Positions 26,439 to 36,932 of a DNA stretch of 64,000 nt are shown in pieces. The stretch is from a bacterium (GTDB lineage Bacteria; Patescibacteriota; Saccharimonadia; Saccharimonadales; UBA4665). Where the stretch lies: positions 7,785 to 71,784 of the forward strand of contig JAJZMH010000021.1 in NCBI GenBank assembly GCA_021850365.1, given 5' to 3'. Positions within the stretch are counted from its first letter, which is position 1; every line of letters begins with the position of its first letter. The notes beneath the pieces are model-generated. The model searched no databases. It saw nothing but the letters and a program-made list of their open reading frames with translations, and was not told the DNA's origin. The position numbers and the translations under genes were made by a program.

Positions 26439-27066
26439 GCATTTTTAATAATAGGTTTGCGTTTTTATAATCTTGAATAAGTATTTGTTTTCCAATAGGA
26501 CCTTTTTCTGCACTATAGCAGGTAGATAAATCGGACTTATATGACGTTAGCAAACTAGACATTATCTGATTAAATGTAGGATTTAGATTATTTGAACCAA
26601 TTGAGTTGTTTAATTCTGTTGCGTAGCTTTGATTTATTCCTTGATTGAGTTGAGTGGTGTTAAATACTATTCCATTATTTTTTAAATAACTTAATATATT
26701 ACTTTGATCGGTTCCAAGTACTAATGTAGCTTCGGATACGAAGTTACTATTATTTGTTGAAATAGCTGATTGGATTTGTGAACTATTTACGTCTTGTGTA
26801 AAAATATTTAAGATATTATTTTGATCTTGCAAAACCGTAAGAAAATCATTTTTATTGAATGGCGAAGTACTCAATAGCCCTTTTATAATTATAAAAATAA
26901 TAAGTAGAGCTAAGAAACCTATAGTAACAACAACCAGTTTAAATTTAAGTGATCCTGAATTAAGCTTCAAAATTGTTTTCTTGGGAGAATCTTGAACAAT
27001 AAATCCATAATCAGGAAGTGGTTGAGGTGAGCTACCTAGGGGCATGTTATTTTGATTGTTTTCCAT
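26419..27066 (-). CDS. Hypothetical membrane-anchored/secreted protein
   Basis: It has one N-terminal TM helix ('LVVVTIGFLALLIIFIII') followed by an Asn/Ser/Gln-rich domain. Confidence 0.3.
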   Translation of the reverse strand: MENNQNNMPLGSSPQPLPDYGFIVQDSPKKTILKLNSGSLKFKLVVVTIGFLALLIIFIIIKGLLSTSPFNKNDFLTVLQDQNNILNIFTQDVNSSQIQSAISTNNSNFVSEATLVLGTDQSNILSYLKNNGIVFNTTQLNQGINQSYATELNNSIGSNNLNPTFNQIMSSLLTSYKSDLSTCYSAEKGPIGKQILIQDYKNANLLLKMLNSPKS

Positions 27067-27157
27067 TTAATAATATTTAAACATAAGCAACTCTTTTCTG
27101 CCAGATATAATTTAATTTCTACTTGTCAGATTTAATAAAGTAATAAATACTGATCAT

Positions 27158-28930
27158 ATGGATTACAAGGAAGAGGTAAAAAACAAGCTTTCTATTGAGG
27201 ATGTTGTTGGCGAATATTTAGAATTAAAAAGGGCAGGCCGAAACTTTAAGACCAAAAGCCCTTTTACTACTGAAAAAACGGCTAGTTTTATTGTAAGTCC
27301 CGAAAAACAAATCTGGCATGATTTTAGTTCCGGAAAGGGTGGCGATATTTTCAGCTTTATTATGGAGATGGAGGGGATAGATTTCAAAGAGTCCCTGGAA
27401 TTACTTGCTAGAAAAGCAGGTGTAGAAATTATTAAAGAAACAAAATATATAAAAACTATTCCAAAAGAACGTTTATATCTAGCTAATGAAATTGCTGCCA
27501 AATATTTTCAGGAAAATCTCCTAAAGTATAGAAAAGTGGTGGAATATGTGGTGAATACCAGGAAATTTAATAAAGAAACTATTTTAAAATGGCGAATCGG
27601 ATATTCTTTAAATAAATTAGACGGGTTAATACTTTATTTAAAAGATCAAGGTTTTAATGATAAAGAAATTGAGAAAGCGGGATTATCTAGTTATCGATAC
27701 GGAAAATATGTCGATATTTTTAGAAACAGAATGATGATTCCACTCTTTGATACTCAAAATAGAGTAATTGGTTTTACGGCTAGGACGTTGAGTAATAATT
27801 CAAATAATGGTCCTAAATACTTAAACACTCCAAATACTTATCTTTATGATAAAAGTAGACATGTTTTTGGTTTAAATTTCGCAAAACAATCAATTCGAGA
27901 GAATAACTATGTTGTTATTTGCGAAGGAAATCTGGATGTTATTAAAAGTCATCAAATTGGTATTTGTGGGGTGGTTGCTACAGCCGGAACTGCCATAACT
28001 GAGCATCATTTAAAAAGTCTTAGTTTATTGACGCAAGATATACGAATTTCATTTGATTCTGATAGAGCAGGGCTTGAAGCAACAGAAAGAGCAATAATTT
28101 TGGCCTCAAAAATGGATCTAACCCTGAATATTTTAGAAGTTAATGGCGCAAAAGACCCTGATGAACTAATAGATATTGATCCAAAAAAATGGCAGGAAGT
28201 TTTAAATAATCCTAAATATTCTATCGACTGGTATATAGCTTATCTCTCCAAACAATATGATTTGACCAAAGCTCCAGATAAACGTAAATTTTCTACACGT
28301 ATCTTAAATCTACTCCAAAACCTAAAAGACCAAGTGGAAAAAGATCATTATGTAAATATTATTTCTAAACTACTTGAAGTAGATAAAAAGGCTATTTGGG
28401 ATAAATTAGGAACAACAACTAATGATGATTATAAAAAAATACATAAATTGAAAAGTTTGAATAATTTAGTTCAAAACGAAACCAACCTAGACTTATTAGA
28501 ATTAAAAAAAGTCCAAGATAATTATTTGGCAATCATACTTTTTAGAGGTTTAGCTGGCGATGCTTTAAATTTCATAAAAGAAGAAATGTTTAACTCACTA
28601 GAAGCAAAACAAGCCTTTAAAATTGTTCAAGAAAGCCCAAACGATTTTAAAATTAAGAAACATCTATCAAAGTTTAAAAATATTCAAGATTATGTTAAAA
28701 TTGAGCAACTGATCTATGAAGAATATTATCAAAAACTTGATCTAAACGAGTTACTTTTTGAAATCTCTAGATTAAGATCCAAAGTAGTAGAAGGATATGT
28801 CAAAAATCAAAAAAAATTAATCAGTCAAAGATTAGATAATACTCAAGATAAACTAAAGATAAGAGAATTATTAAATAAGGCAAAAGAATTAGATAAACTA
28901 TTGAATAATACTAGAAGGAGAGAGTTATAA
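27158..28930 (+). CDS. dnaG: DNA primase DnaG (zinc-binding-domain ligands all substituted)
   Basis: The ZBD-like segment is '[34 protein letters not shown]'. The TOPRIM region is 'ICEGNLDVI...SFDSDRAG'. It is followed by rpoD, as in many bacteria. Confidence 0.9.
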   Translation: MDYKEEVKNKLSIEDVVGEYLELKRAGRNFKTKSPFTTEKTASFIVSPEKQIWHDFSSGKGGDIFSFIMEMEGIDFKESLELLARKAGVEIIKETKYIKTIPKERLYLANEIAAKYFQENLLKYRKVVEYVVNTRKFNKETILKWRIGYSLNKLDGLILYLKDQGFNDKEIEKAGLSSYRYGKYVDIFRNRMMIPLFDTQNRVIGFTARTLSNNSNNGPKYLNTPNTYLYDKSRHVFGLNFAKQSIRENNYVVICEGNLDVIKSHQIGICGVVATAGTAITEHHLKSLSLLTQDIRISFDSDRAGLEATERAIILASKMDLTLNILEVNGAKDPDELIDIDPKKWQEVLNNPKYSIDWYIAYLSKQYDLTKAPDKRKFSTRILNLLQNLKDQVEKDHYVNIISKLLEVDKKAIWDKLGTTTNDDYKKIHKLKSLNNLVQNETNLDLLELKKVQDNYLAIILFRGLAGDALNFIKEEMFNSLEAKQAFKIVQESPNDFKIKKHLSKFKNIQDYVKIEQLIYEEYYQKLDLNELLFEISRLRSKVVEGYVKNQKKLISQRLDNTQDKLKIRELLNKAKELDKLLNNTRRREL

Positions 28931-30051
28931 TGGGAAGAAGAGCCAAAAAAGATAATGTTACCAAACCAAGTCTTGAAAAACTTAAAAATGATTTATTAAA
29001 TAAGGCCAAAAAAGAAGGCCAAATAACTCAAAAAGATATAAATGATATATATCCAGATATTCCAGAAAATGCCGAAGAACTTGATAAAATTTATACTGAA
29101 CTTGCAGAATCAAATATAGACATTTTACCTTCTAGTACTGAACCAGACTTTAATGAAGATTGGGATAAAGATATTGATGAAGAAGTTTCTAGTGTAACCA
29201 TGGGTTACTTAGATGACGATATTGCCGACGATTCAGTAAGACTTTATTTAAGAGAAATTGGTAAAATTCCTCTTTTAAATTCAGAAGAGGAACTAGCTTT
29301 GGCTCAAAGAGTCGTTAGGGGAGATAAAGAAGCAAAAGCTAAAATGGCTGAAGCGAACATGAGGCTGGTTGTATCAATTGCAAAGAGGTATGTTGGCAGA
29401 GGATTGGATTTACTAGATTTAATTCAAGAGGGGAACACAGGACTACTTAGGGCAGTTGAGAAATTTGATCCAGATAAGGGTTTCAAATTTTCAACATATG
29501 CAACTTGGTGGATCCGTCAGGCTATAACCAGGGCAATAGCTGATCAATCAAGAACTATTCGAATACCCGTACATATGTTCGAAACAATAAATAAACTATT
29601 AAGAACACAACGACGTTTAACCCAAGAGCTAAATCGTGAACCAACTAATTTGGAAATTGCAAAAGAAATGGAAATTGAGCCAGATAAAGTAGAGCACATA
29701 ATGAAGATTAAGCAGGACATTAGTTCTTTAGATGCATCTATTAGAGACGATGAAGAAGATTCGGTATTGTCTGATTTTATTGAAGATGAAGATACTATTA
29801 CACCCGAGGAATCCGCTACAAATCAACTTCTAAAAGAACAGGTAAGGGAAATGTTAAGTGGACTTTCAGAAAGAGAGCAAAAAATATTAAAACTTAGATT
29901 TGGTCTAGAAGATGGAAAGAGTCATACTCTTGAAGAGGTTGGACAAGAATTTTCGGTTACAAGAGAAAGAATACGTCAAATTGAAGCGAAAGCGTTAGCA
30001 AAATTGAGAAAGCATCGAGACTCCAAAAAATTACATGATTATATCAAATAG
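28930..30051 (+). CDS. rpoD: RNA polymerase primary sigma factor
   Basis: It has '[18 protein letters not shown]', '[17 protein letters not shown]' and the region 4 segment '[20 protein letters not shown]'. Confidence 0.95.
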   Translation: MGRRAKKDNVTKPSLEKLKNDLLNKAKKEGQITQKDINDIYPDIPENAEELDKIYTELAESNIDILPSSTEPDFNEDWDKDIDEEVSSVTMGYLDDDIADDSVRLYLREIGKIPLLNSEEELALAQRVVRGDKEAKAKMAEANMRLVVSIAKRYVGRGLDLLDLIQEGNTGLLRAVEKFDPDKGFKFSTYATWWIRQAITRAIADQSRTIRIPVHMFETINKLLRTQRRLTQELNREPTNLEIAKEMEIEPDKVEHIMKIKQDISSLDASIRDDEEDSVLSDFIEDEDTITPEESATNQLLKEQVREMLSGLSEREQKILKLRFGLEDGKSHTLEEVGQEFSVTRERIRQIEAKALAKLRKHRDSKKLHDYIK

Positions 30052-30613
30052 GTATATTCAGACTATTTAATAATTTGTGCAAATCTTTAATTAGATCATT
30101 TACCGAAAAATCATTCGCGAGATAGTAGTCGGCGTTAGCTATTGGCCCACCCTTTTCAATATTCTCAATTTCAGCATAATCTCTTAATTCAGACTCTTCT
30201 TCATTTAAAGGACGGATTGCTCGATTTTTTAACCTAGTATGGCGTAATTTTTTAGGCGCTATTACGCCAATTATAATTGACCTATCTCCAAAAGATTCTT
30301 TAAATATCTTATATTCTGTCCAACTATAAAGACCATCAACAACTACAATATTTTCACCTTTTTCAAAAAGCTCTTCAATTTTACTAAGTACTCTAAGCGC
30401 ATAAGCTCCTTTACCTTCTTTTTGTCTTATCTCTTCACGAATTATTTTTTCATTTGGTTGATTTATTTCGAGGTTTCTTTTTTTCAATTCATCAAAAGTA
30501 ATTTTTCCAAAATATACCGTGGCATATCCTTTGTTCTTTAGATATTCCACACAGGTACTTTTTCCTGCTCCAGGCATTCCTACAAATATAACGACCCTCT
30601 TATTTTCTTGCAT
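30044..30613 (-). CDS. P-loop nucleotide/nucleoside kinase-like protein (UPF0200/dephospho-CoA-kinase-like)
   Basis: It has Walker A 'GMPGAGKST', '[12 protein letters not shown]' and the lid-like 'RLKNR'. Confidence 0.45.
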   Translation of the reverse strand: MQENKRVVIFVGMPGAGKSTCVEYLKNKGYATVYFGKITFDELKKRNLEINQPNEKIIREEIRQKEGKGAYALRVLSKIEELFEKGENIVVVDGLYSWTEYKIFKESFGDRSIIIGVIAPKKLRHTRLKNRAIRPLNEEESELRDYAEIENIEKGGPIANADYYLANDFSVNDLIKDLHKLLNSLNIPI

Positions 30614-30665
30614 TATGTAATTATATATTAAACAAAACTAATTTTTCTATAATATACTTGAAAGT

Positions 30666-33308
30666 ATGCCTAAAAAATTCGTTATTATTGACGGTAAAAG
30701 TGTTTTCTATAGAGGTTTTTATGCTATGCCTAATCTTAAAACCTCTGACGGAATACCTACTGGTGGTGTTTATGGCTTTATGCTTATGGCTCTTGAAGTT
30801 ATTAAACGTTTAGAACCAGATTACGTAGCTGTTGCTTGGGATAAACCAAAAACCAATATCCGAAGAAGACTTAAAATATATTCAGAATATAAGGCTGGTA
30901 GAAAACCCGCACCAAAGGAATTTTATGATCAAATTCCTATACTCCATCAATTTTTAGATTGTTTGGGTTGGCCTCTTTATGAAGCAGATGATTATGAAGC
31001 AGATGATATCATGGGCAGTTTGGCCTCTCAAGCAACTAAAAAAAATATCCAAACAATTTTAATAACATCTGATTTAGACATGCTCCAAGTGGTCAATGAT
31101 TTAGTGAAAGTCTATATTTTAAAAAAGGGATTAAGCAATATAGAAGAATATTCACTAGAAAGCTTCGAAAAAAAACATAAAATTCAAGTTAATCAATTCC
31201 TAGACCTAAAAGCACTCAAGGGTGATAGTTCAGATAATATCCCCGGAGTTCCAGGTATTGGCGAAAAGACTGCTATTGCCCTACTACAGCAATTTAAAAC
31301 AATCGATCAGATTTATCTAAACATTGATCTAATTTCGGATTCAATTAGAGCCAAGTTAATTGAAGGTAAAAAATTGGCATATTTAAGTAAAGAATTAGCT
31401 GAAATAAAGATTGATTCCCCGATTAAACTAAATTTAAATGAAATTAATGGTAGCAAAATTAAACCTAAAAAATTATTTGAATTATCTAATAAATTACAGT
31501 TTCGGTCTATTTCTTTAAAAATAGCTCAACTTTATCCTGAGACTATATCATCAAATGCTGATCTAAATAATCAGATTATAGCCCCCAGTAAACCTTTAAT
31601 TGAAGTTACCGAGGATAATGTCGATCAAATAATAGAAAACACAAAAGGAGAAGATGTCTATATTTTCAGTAGATCTAGAAAACAACACGGGGTGGACCCA
31701 CTCTATCTATTCTTTAGATCTAATAAAAAGGATTATTCTATTAATTTCAGTAACATTAATTTTCAAATACTCAATAAACTATTTTCTGAACTTAAATCAA
31801 TAATTGGCTATGATCTCAAGAATACCCAAGAAATATTTTTAAGTTTAGGTATAAAACATTTACCAAATATTAAACATGATTTACTCATAGCAGATTTTTT
31901 ACTTGAAAATGTTATACGTGGAAGATTGCTATCAGAAATTGCACAAGATATTTTAGCTGTTCAGTGTAACTGGATAGATGATTTAGACAATGATCAATTA
32001 CTTGAACATGTATCCCAGATACTTGAAATAATTCAAAAGATTTATGAAAGGCAACTGAAGGCAATTGATAAAAACGCCAAATTTAAAAAAGTACTTCATG
32101 ACATCGAGTTTCCTATTATTAATGTCCTAAGCAAGATGGAAAAAAACGGAATTATTTTAGATGTAAAAAGTTTAACCAAATTTAATGAATTTATATCAGA
32201 TAAAATATCTGACTTAGAACAAACTATTTATGGATTTGCTAATGAGGAATTTAATATATCTAGTCCTCTACAATTGTCTAATATTTTGTTTTCTAAAGAT
32301 AAATTGAATATTCCAACTATAAATATTAAAAAGACAAAATCTTTTTATTCAACTGCAGCAAACGAACTTCAAAAAATAATAGATCTTCATCCTATTATTT
32401 CGGTTATTTTAGAGTATAGAGAAGTTGTTAAACTTAAAAATACCTACGTTGATACCCTACCTAAATTGGTAGATAAAGATTCGGTACTACATACAACCTA
32501 TAGTTTAACTAATGCCCAAACTGGAAGATTAGCTTCAATTGATCCTAATTTGCAAAATATTCCGATTAGATCTGATCTCGGAAAAGAAATTAGAAAAAGT
32601 TTTATCCCTCGAGAAAATTTTAAATTATTAAGCGCAGATTATTCTCAATTTGAGCTTCGGATTGCCGCTTATTTAGCCAAAGATAAAGAGTTAATCGATC
32701 AATTTAACGAGGGGCTAGATATTCATTCCGTAACAGCTGCCCAAATTTATCAGAGAAATACCGAAGATATAACAGATCAGATGCGTAGAGCAGCAAAAAC
32801 AATTAATTTTGGCATACTTTACGGTATGAGTATACATGGTTTAACTCAAGCAACAGCAATGAATTTTATTCAAGCGAAAGATTTTATTGAAAAATATAAA
32901 GAAATTCGAAGACCGATTTTTAATTACATGGATAATATTCTTAAAGAAGTTAAGAAAAAGGGATATGCAGAAACTTTATTCGGAAGAAGAAGGTATTTTA
33001 ATGACATAAATTCAAGTAATTTCATTCTAAGACAAGCTGCTGAACGAGCAGCAATTAATATGCCAATTCAAGGTACAGAAGCAGAACTTATGAAGATTGC
33101 AATGATAAAGTTAGACGAACATTTTGATAAAAATTATAATGACGTAAAGATACTATTACAAATTCACGATTCGGTAGTTATTGAGAGCCCAATTAGCCAA
33201 ATTGACGATGTTCAGAAGGATCTAAAAGAAATTATGGAAAACATCTATGATCTTCCAGTTAAACTGAGGGTAGATATTAAACAGGGTGATAATTGGAGTG
33301 AGCTGTAA
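30666..33308 (+). CDS. polA: DNA polymerase I (5'-3' exonuclease + apparently inactive 3'-5' exo-like linker + polymerase)
   Basis: The 5' nuclease region has 'LKGDSSDNIPGVPGIGEKTA'. The polymerase motifs are 'LSADYSQFELRI', 'RRAAKTINFGILYG' and 'QIHDS'. The ExoI DxE position reads 'VYIFSRSR'. Confidence 0.93.
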   Translation: MPKKFVIIDGKSVFYRGFYAMPNLKTSDGIPTGGVYGFMLMALEVIKRLEPDYVAVAWDKPKTNIRRRLKIYSEYKAGRKPAPKEFYDQIPILHQFLDCLGWPLYEADDYEADDIMGSLASQATKKNIQTILITSDLDMLQVVNDLVKVYILKKGLSNIEEYSLESFEKKHKIQVNQFLDLKALKGDSSDNIPGVPGIGEKTAIALLQQFKTIDQIYLNIDLISDSIRAKLIEGKKLAYLSKELAEIKIDSPIKLNLNEINGSKIKPKKLFELSNKLQFRSISLKIAQLYPETISSNADLNNQIIAPSKPLIEVTEDNVDQIIENTKGEDVYIFSRSRKQHGVDPLYLFFRSNKKDYSINFSNINFQILNKLFSELKSIIGYDLKNTQEIFLSLGIKHLPNIKHDLLIADFLLENVIRGRLLSEIAQDILAVQCNWIDDLDNDQLLEHVSQILEIIQKIYERQLKAIDKNAKFKKVLHDIEFPIINVLSKMEKNGIILDVKSLTKFNEFISDKISDLEQTIYGFANEEFNISSPLQLSNILFSKDKLNIPTINIKKTKSFYSTAANELQKIIDLHPIISVILEYREVVKLKNTYVDTLPKLVDKDSVLHTTYSLTNAQTGRLASIDPNLQNIPIRSDLGKEIRKSFIPRENFKLLSADYSQFELRIAAYLAKDKELIDQFNEGLDIHSVTAAQIYQRNTEDITDQMRRAAKTINFGILYGMSIHGLTQATAMNFIQAKDFIEKYKEIRRPIFNYMDNILKEVKKKGYAETLFGRRRYFNDINSSNFILRQAAERAAINMPIQGTEAELMKIAMIKLDEHFDKNYNDVKILLQIHDSVVIESPISQIDDVQKDLKEIMENIYDLPVKLRVDIKQGDNWSEL

Positions 33309-33746
33309 TTATTTAAATATTTTTCTTAGATAATTTTTCTTAACTATTCGTCCACCTTTTGCAAAAATAACCTTTGATGCTAAATAGATAACTAAAATAC
33401 TTAAAATTGCATCAACTATACTAATAAATTTATCAAAAATATTCGTTTCGCCAGGTAAATTAATTGTTAGAGCTACCCCTATATTTGCAAACTCACAACC
33501 TATTAAAAATAAGGCTATTTTCCAACTTCTTTTTTCTTGAGTGGAAAAACCAATAATTGCTATAAAACCAAACCAAATAACAGTAAGAATAAAAAAGATC
33601 AAAGATACTACCATATTGCTAATACAGTTTGAATGATCTGATTGACAAGTAGAAATTATTGAAATGAATGCGTGGGGTACACCTAGTATTGATATTGTTA
33701 TGAATTGTACTAAGGTACCAATGGCTATATTAAGTCTATTATTCAT
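33309..33746 (-). CDS. Hypothetical integral membrane protein (4 TM)
   Basis: This is a hydrophobic ORF with no motif recognised. Confidence 0.3.
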   Translation of the reverse strand: MNNRLNIAIGTLVQFITISILGVPHAFISIISTCQSDHSNCISNMVVSLIFFILTVIWFGFIAIIGFSTQEKRSWKIALFLIGCEFANIGVALTINLPGETNIFDKFISIVDAILSILVIYLASKVIFAKGGRIVKKNYLRKIFK

Positions 33747-33858
33747 AAGCGTATTTTAATACAAATAACCAAAAAGTACTTAAATACAATAAAAACATTG
33801 AAAAAATATAAAAATATGTTAATATATTATTGTAAAAAAGAGGTTTATATTTACTTTT

Positions 33859-34422
33859 ATGTTTAGAGACTACAGATATATTTTTGGATTTGTTATAGCA
33901 TTTGCACTGCTTATTGTTATTCTTATACTTGTTTTTTCCAATCCATCTTCTAATAACACAACGATTTCTATTACTAAAGATTATAATTTTTCATCATCCG
34001 TAGAACTTACTATTCAGGGTCCAATCGTTGCCGATTCTGAACATAATTTTGATCAAATTATAGTAAATTCAGGAAATGTTACTTTTAATTTATATAAGGG
34101 TTACAGTGGCAACAATCTCATATCTTCTAAAATCTTTAATAATAGCCCTCAATCATATTTTGCATTTCTTAACTCTCTAAAATTAGCTGGTTTTGAAGAT
34201 GTTAGTAATAACCCTAACTTAAAAAATAGTTCTGGATATTGTTCTTATGGAGATGTTTACGACTTCAAATTAACTCAAGATAATAAGGATGTTCTAAACG
34301 CTTGGTCAACAAATTGTTCAAGCACTCCACATACTCTTTTAGGTGATTCAAATTACATTGTTCAGTTATTTGAAAATCAAGTTCCTAATTACAATACCCT
34401 TGTTCAAAACGCTAACTTTTAA
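33859..34422 (+). CDS. Hypothetical secreted/anchored protein
   Basis: It has an N-terminal TM/signal helix and a Cys-containing Asn-rich ectodomain. Confidence 0.3.
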   Translation: MFRDYRYIFGFVIAFALLIVILILVFSNPSSNNTTISITKDYNFSSSVELTIQGPIVADSEHNFDQIIVNSGNVTFNLYKGYSGNNLISSKIFNNSPQSYFAFLNSLKLAGFEDVSNNPNLKNSSGYCSYGDVYDFKLTQDNKDVLNAWSTNCSSTPHTLLGDSNYIVQLFENQVPNYNTLVQNANF

Positions 34423-34655
34423 ACAATAATTATCCGGATTTTTTTAGTTGTTTTAATTTCTTTTTTTATTTTATCTAATCTTGTTCTAAGAATTGAAGCT
34501 ACCGCTGCAGAGGGTATTTTAATTATAATAGAATTATTTGAATAAATTATCTCAGAATCAATCTTGAAATTAGATTGAATATGACTTTTCAATAGATCAA
34601 TTTCTTCCGGTAATTCGAAGTTCTTATCCAGTAGAATATGTTTAATGTCATCCAT
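34419..34655 (-). CDS. Hypothetical 78-aa protein (weak DUF721/DciA-like feel)
   Basis: 'IIIKIPSAAVASILRTRLDKIKKEI' gives a pattern resemblance only. Confidence 0.2.
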   Translation of the reverse strand: MDDIKHILLDKNFELPEEIDLLKSHIQSNFKIDSEIIYSNNSIIIKIPSAAVASILRTRLDKIKKEIKTTKKIRIIIV

Positions 34656-34695
34656 CTTTATAAAATAGTATAACTTTATATTAAAATATTATTAA

Positions 34696-35577
34696 ATGCC
34701 GGAATTACCAGAAGTTGAAACAATTAGATTAGGATTAAAAGAAATACTACCAGGTAAGGTTTTTAAAGATGTAATAATTTATTGGCCGAAGTCTTTAAAT
34801 TATTCTAAGGAATATATAATAAAAAATTTGTATAAAACTAAAATTTTAGGATTAAAAAGGAGAGGTAAACTTTTAATAATAGATCTAGATAATCAATATT
34901 TTCTTTTAATTCATCTAAAGATGACAGGACAAATTATTTATAAAGACAAAAATTTTAGGTTTGGGGCAGGACATCCAAATGATTCTTTTATTTCAAAAAT
35001 GCCCGATAAATCTACTAGGGTAGAAATTATATTTGATGATGGTTCAAAACTGTACTTTAATGATCAAAGAAAATTTGGCTGGATTAAATTACTAAACATA
35101 GAAGAATATAAAAAATTTAATTTTTTAAACAGTCTTGGATTAGAGCCTCTAGAATCAAGTTTTAGTTTTGAAGTTTTTAAGAAAAGGTTAAATTTAAGAA
35201 TAAAATCTTCAATAAAAAGTGTTTTATTAGATCAAAAAATTATAGCAGGTCTCGGAAATATTTATGTTGATGAAAGCCTATGGATGGCTAAAATTCACCC
35301 TAAAACAATAGTTAAAGATATTCCTTTATCTAAATTAAAGATATTACATCAATCTATTATTTCCGTTTTACGTTTCTCTATAGATCAAGGTGGTGCATCA
35401 GATCGGAACTATCTTAATATCAAAGGAGAAAAGGGTAGTTTCACTAAATTTGCTCAAGTTTATAAACGAAAAGGACTTTTGTGTAGTAGATGTGGGCATC
35501 AGATTATAAAAATTAAAGTTGCTGGGAGGGGCTCTCATCTATGTCCAAATTGTCAAAAACTTAAAACTAATCGATAA
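34696..35577 (+). CDS. mutM: Formamidopyrimidine-DNA glycosylase
   Basis: It starts 'MPELPEVETIR', has an H2TH region, and has an intact C-terminal zinc finger 'CSRCGH...CPNCQ'. Confidence 0.9.
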   Translation: MPELPEVETIRLGLKEILPGKVFKDVIIYWPKSLNYSKEYIIKNLYKTKILGLKRRGKLLIIDLDNQYFLLIHLKMTGQIIYKDKNFRFGAGHPNDSFISKMPDKSTRVEIIFDDGSKLYFNDQRKFGWIKLLNIEEYKKFNFLNSLGLEPLESSFSFEVFKKRLNLRIKSSIKSVLLDQKIIAGLGNIYVDESLWMAKIHPKTIVKDIPLSKLKILHQSIISVLRFSIDQGGASDRNYLNIKGEKGSFTKFAQVYKRKGLLCSRCGHQIIKIKVAGRGSHLCPNCQKLKTNR

Positions 35578-35598
35578 AACTGTTAAAATAAATTTACT

Positions 35599-36519
35599 AT
35601 GATCACCCTTATTGGAGACAATCAGTATACAATCGATTTAGAGTTGAAAAGAATTAAGGATGAGTTCTCTAAAATACATCCATTATTTGATTTACAAAAA
35701 ATATATCCTGATCAATTTGACATAGAAGAAGTTAAATTAAAACTGAATAATTACACATTTTTTTCTGAACCAAAGTTAATTATAATTGTTGATCCCATTC
35801 AGATTATAAATTTCGATAAATTAATTGATGATTTAGCTAAATTATCAAATAGCGATAATGAAATAGTCCTAGTCATCAGAAATAGTAAAATCAGTCAAAG
35901 ATTTGAGAGTCTTCTGAAAAATAAATCTCAAATGATAAAACTTGATAAACTTTCCGAAAATGATCTTTTAAAATGGATTAATCAAAGAGTGAAAGAAGAA
36001 CAAATTAAATTAAGTCCTCAGAACATTCATTATATACATCAAAAAATTGGCAACAATCAATTACAAATTGCCTCTGAATTGGAGAAAATAAAATTATTAG
36101 ATGACGATGTCGACAATGATTTAATTGACCTTATCATAGACTCAAATTTAAGTAACACTATTTTTGAATTAATCGATTTCGCATTTAGAGATAAAAGTAG
36201 AGCTTATCAAATATACAATAACTTAAGATTGCAAAAAATCGAGGCCGAACAAATTATTGGATTAATTATTTGGCAGCTCCATTTAATTGCTCTAGTAAAA
36301 TATTCAAACAATAAAAATATTCAAGATGTTGCGAGTGATACAAAAATAAGTTCATTTCCATTACAAAAAAGCTTAAATCTATCTAAAAAAATTACTTCTG
36401 ATCAACTCACGAAATTTGTTCATCAAATTAAAGATGCTTTAGTTAGATCTAAAACTGAAACTTTTGAATTAGATCAATTTTTGAAAAATTTTATTTTAAG
36501 CCTTACTTTTTCTTTTTAG
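35599..36519 (+). CDS. holA: DNA polymerase III delta subunit (probable)
   Basis: The call rests on its ~300-aa size, helical C-terminus and classic position convergent with rpsT. Sequence motifs are weak. Confidence 0.5.
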   Translation: MITLIGDNQYTIDLELKRIKDEFSKIHPLFDLQKIYPDQFDIEEVKLKLNNYTFFSEPKLIIIVDPIQIINFDKLIDDLAKLSNSDNEIVLVIRNSKISQRFESLLKNKSQMIKLDKLSENDLLKWINQRVKEEQIKLSPQNIHYIHQKIGNNQLQIASELEKIKLLDDDVDNDLIDLIIDSNLSNTIFELIDFAFRDKSRAYQIYNNLRLQKIEAEQIIGLIIWQLHLIALVKYSNNKNIQDVASDTKISSFPLQKSLNLSKKITSDQLTKFVHQIKDALVRSKTETFELDQFLKNFILSLTFSF

Positions 36520-36793
36520 GTGTACTTACCTTACTTTTCTTTTCTATTTTTAGTCCTAATTTTTTTGCATTTTTTGCAGCCTTACTTTTTAACCGTGCTG
36601 CCTTATTTTTATGGATCAAATGTTTTTTAACTGCCTTATCTACGTTGCTTTGAACAGAACTGAAATTTTTATGATTAACTTTTTTGGTTAATGTTTTTAG
36701 AGCAGATTTTAAATTCCGTTTAGTTTTAAAATTTCTAATAGTTGCTTTTCTGGCAGTTTTTTGTCTTTTCTTGGCTGATTTAATTATTGGCAT
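36503..36793 (-). CDS. rpsT: 30S ribosomal protein S20
   Basis: It starts 'MPIIKSAKKRQKTARKATIRN' and is a basic 96-aa protein. Confidence 0.9.
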   Translation of the reverse strand: MPIIKSAKKRQKTARKATIRNFKTKRNLKSALKTLTKKVNHKNFSSVQSNVDKAVKKHLIHKNKAARLKSKAAKNAKKLGLKIEKKSKVSTPKKKK

Positions 36794-36932
36794 GTCATCC
36801 CTTATATTAATTATTTTTCTAAATATACTAAATTTATTGAATATTGCAAAGTATTTAGCTACTTTTAAATTGAGTAATGTTGATATTTTTATTATAGTAT
36901 GCTATGTTTAAATAGATAAATAAAAAATAAAA

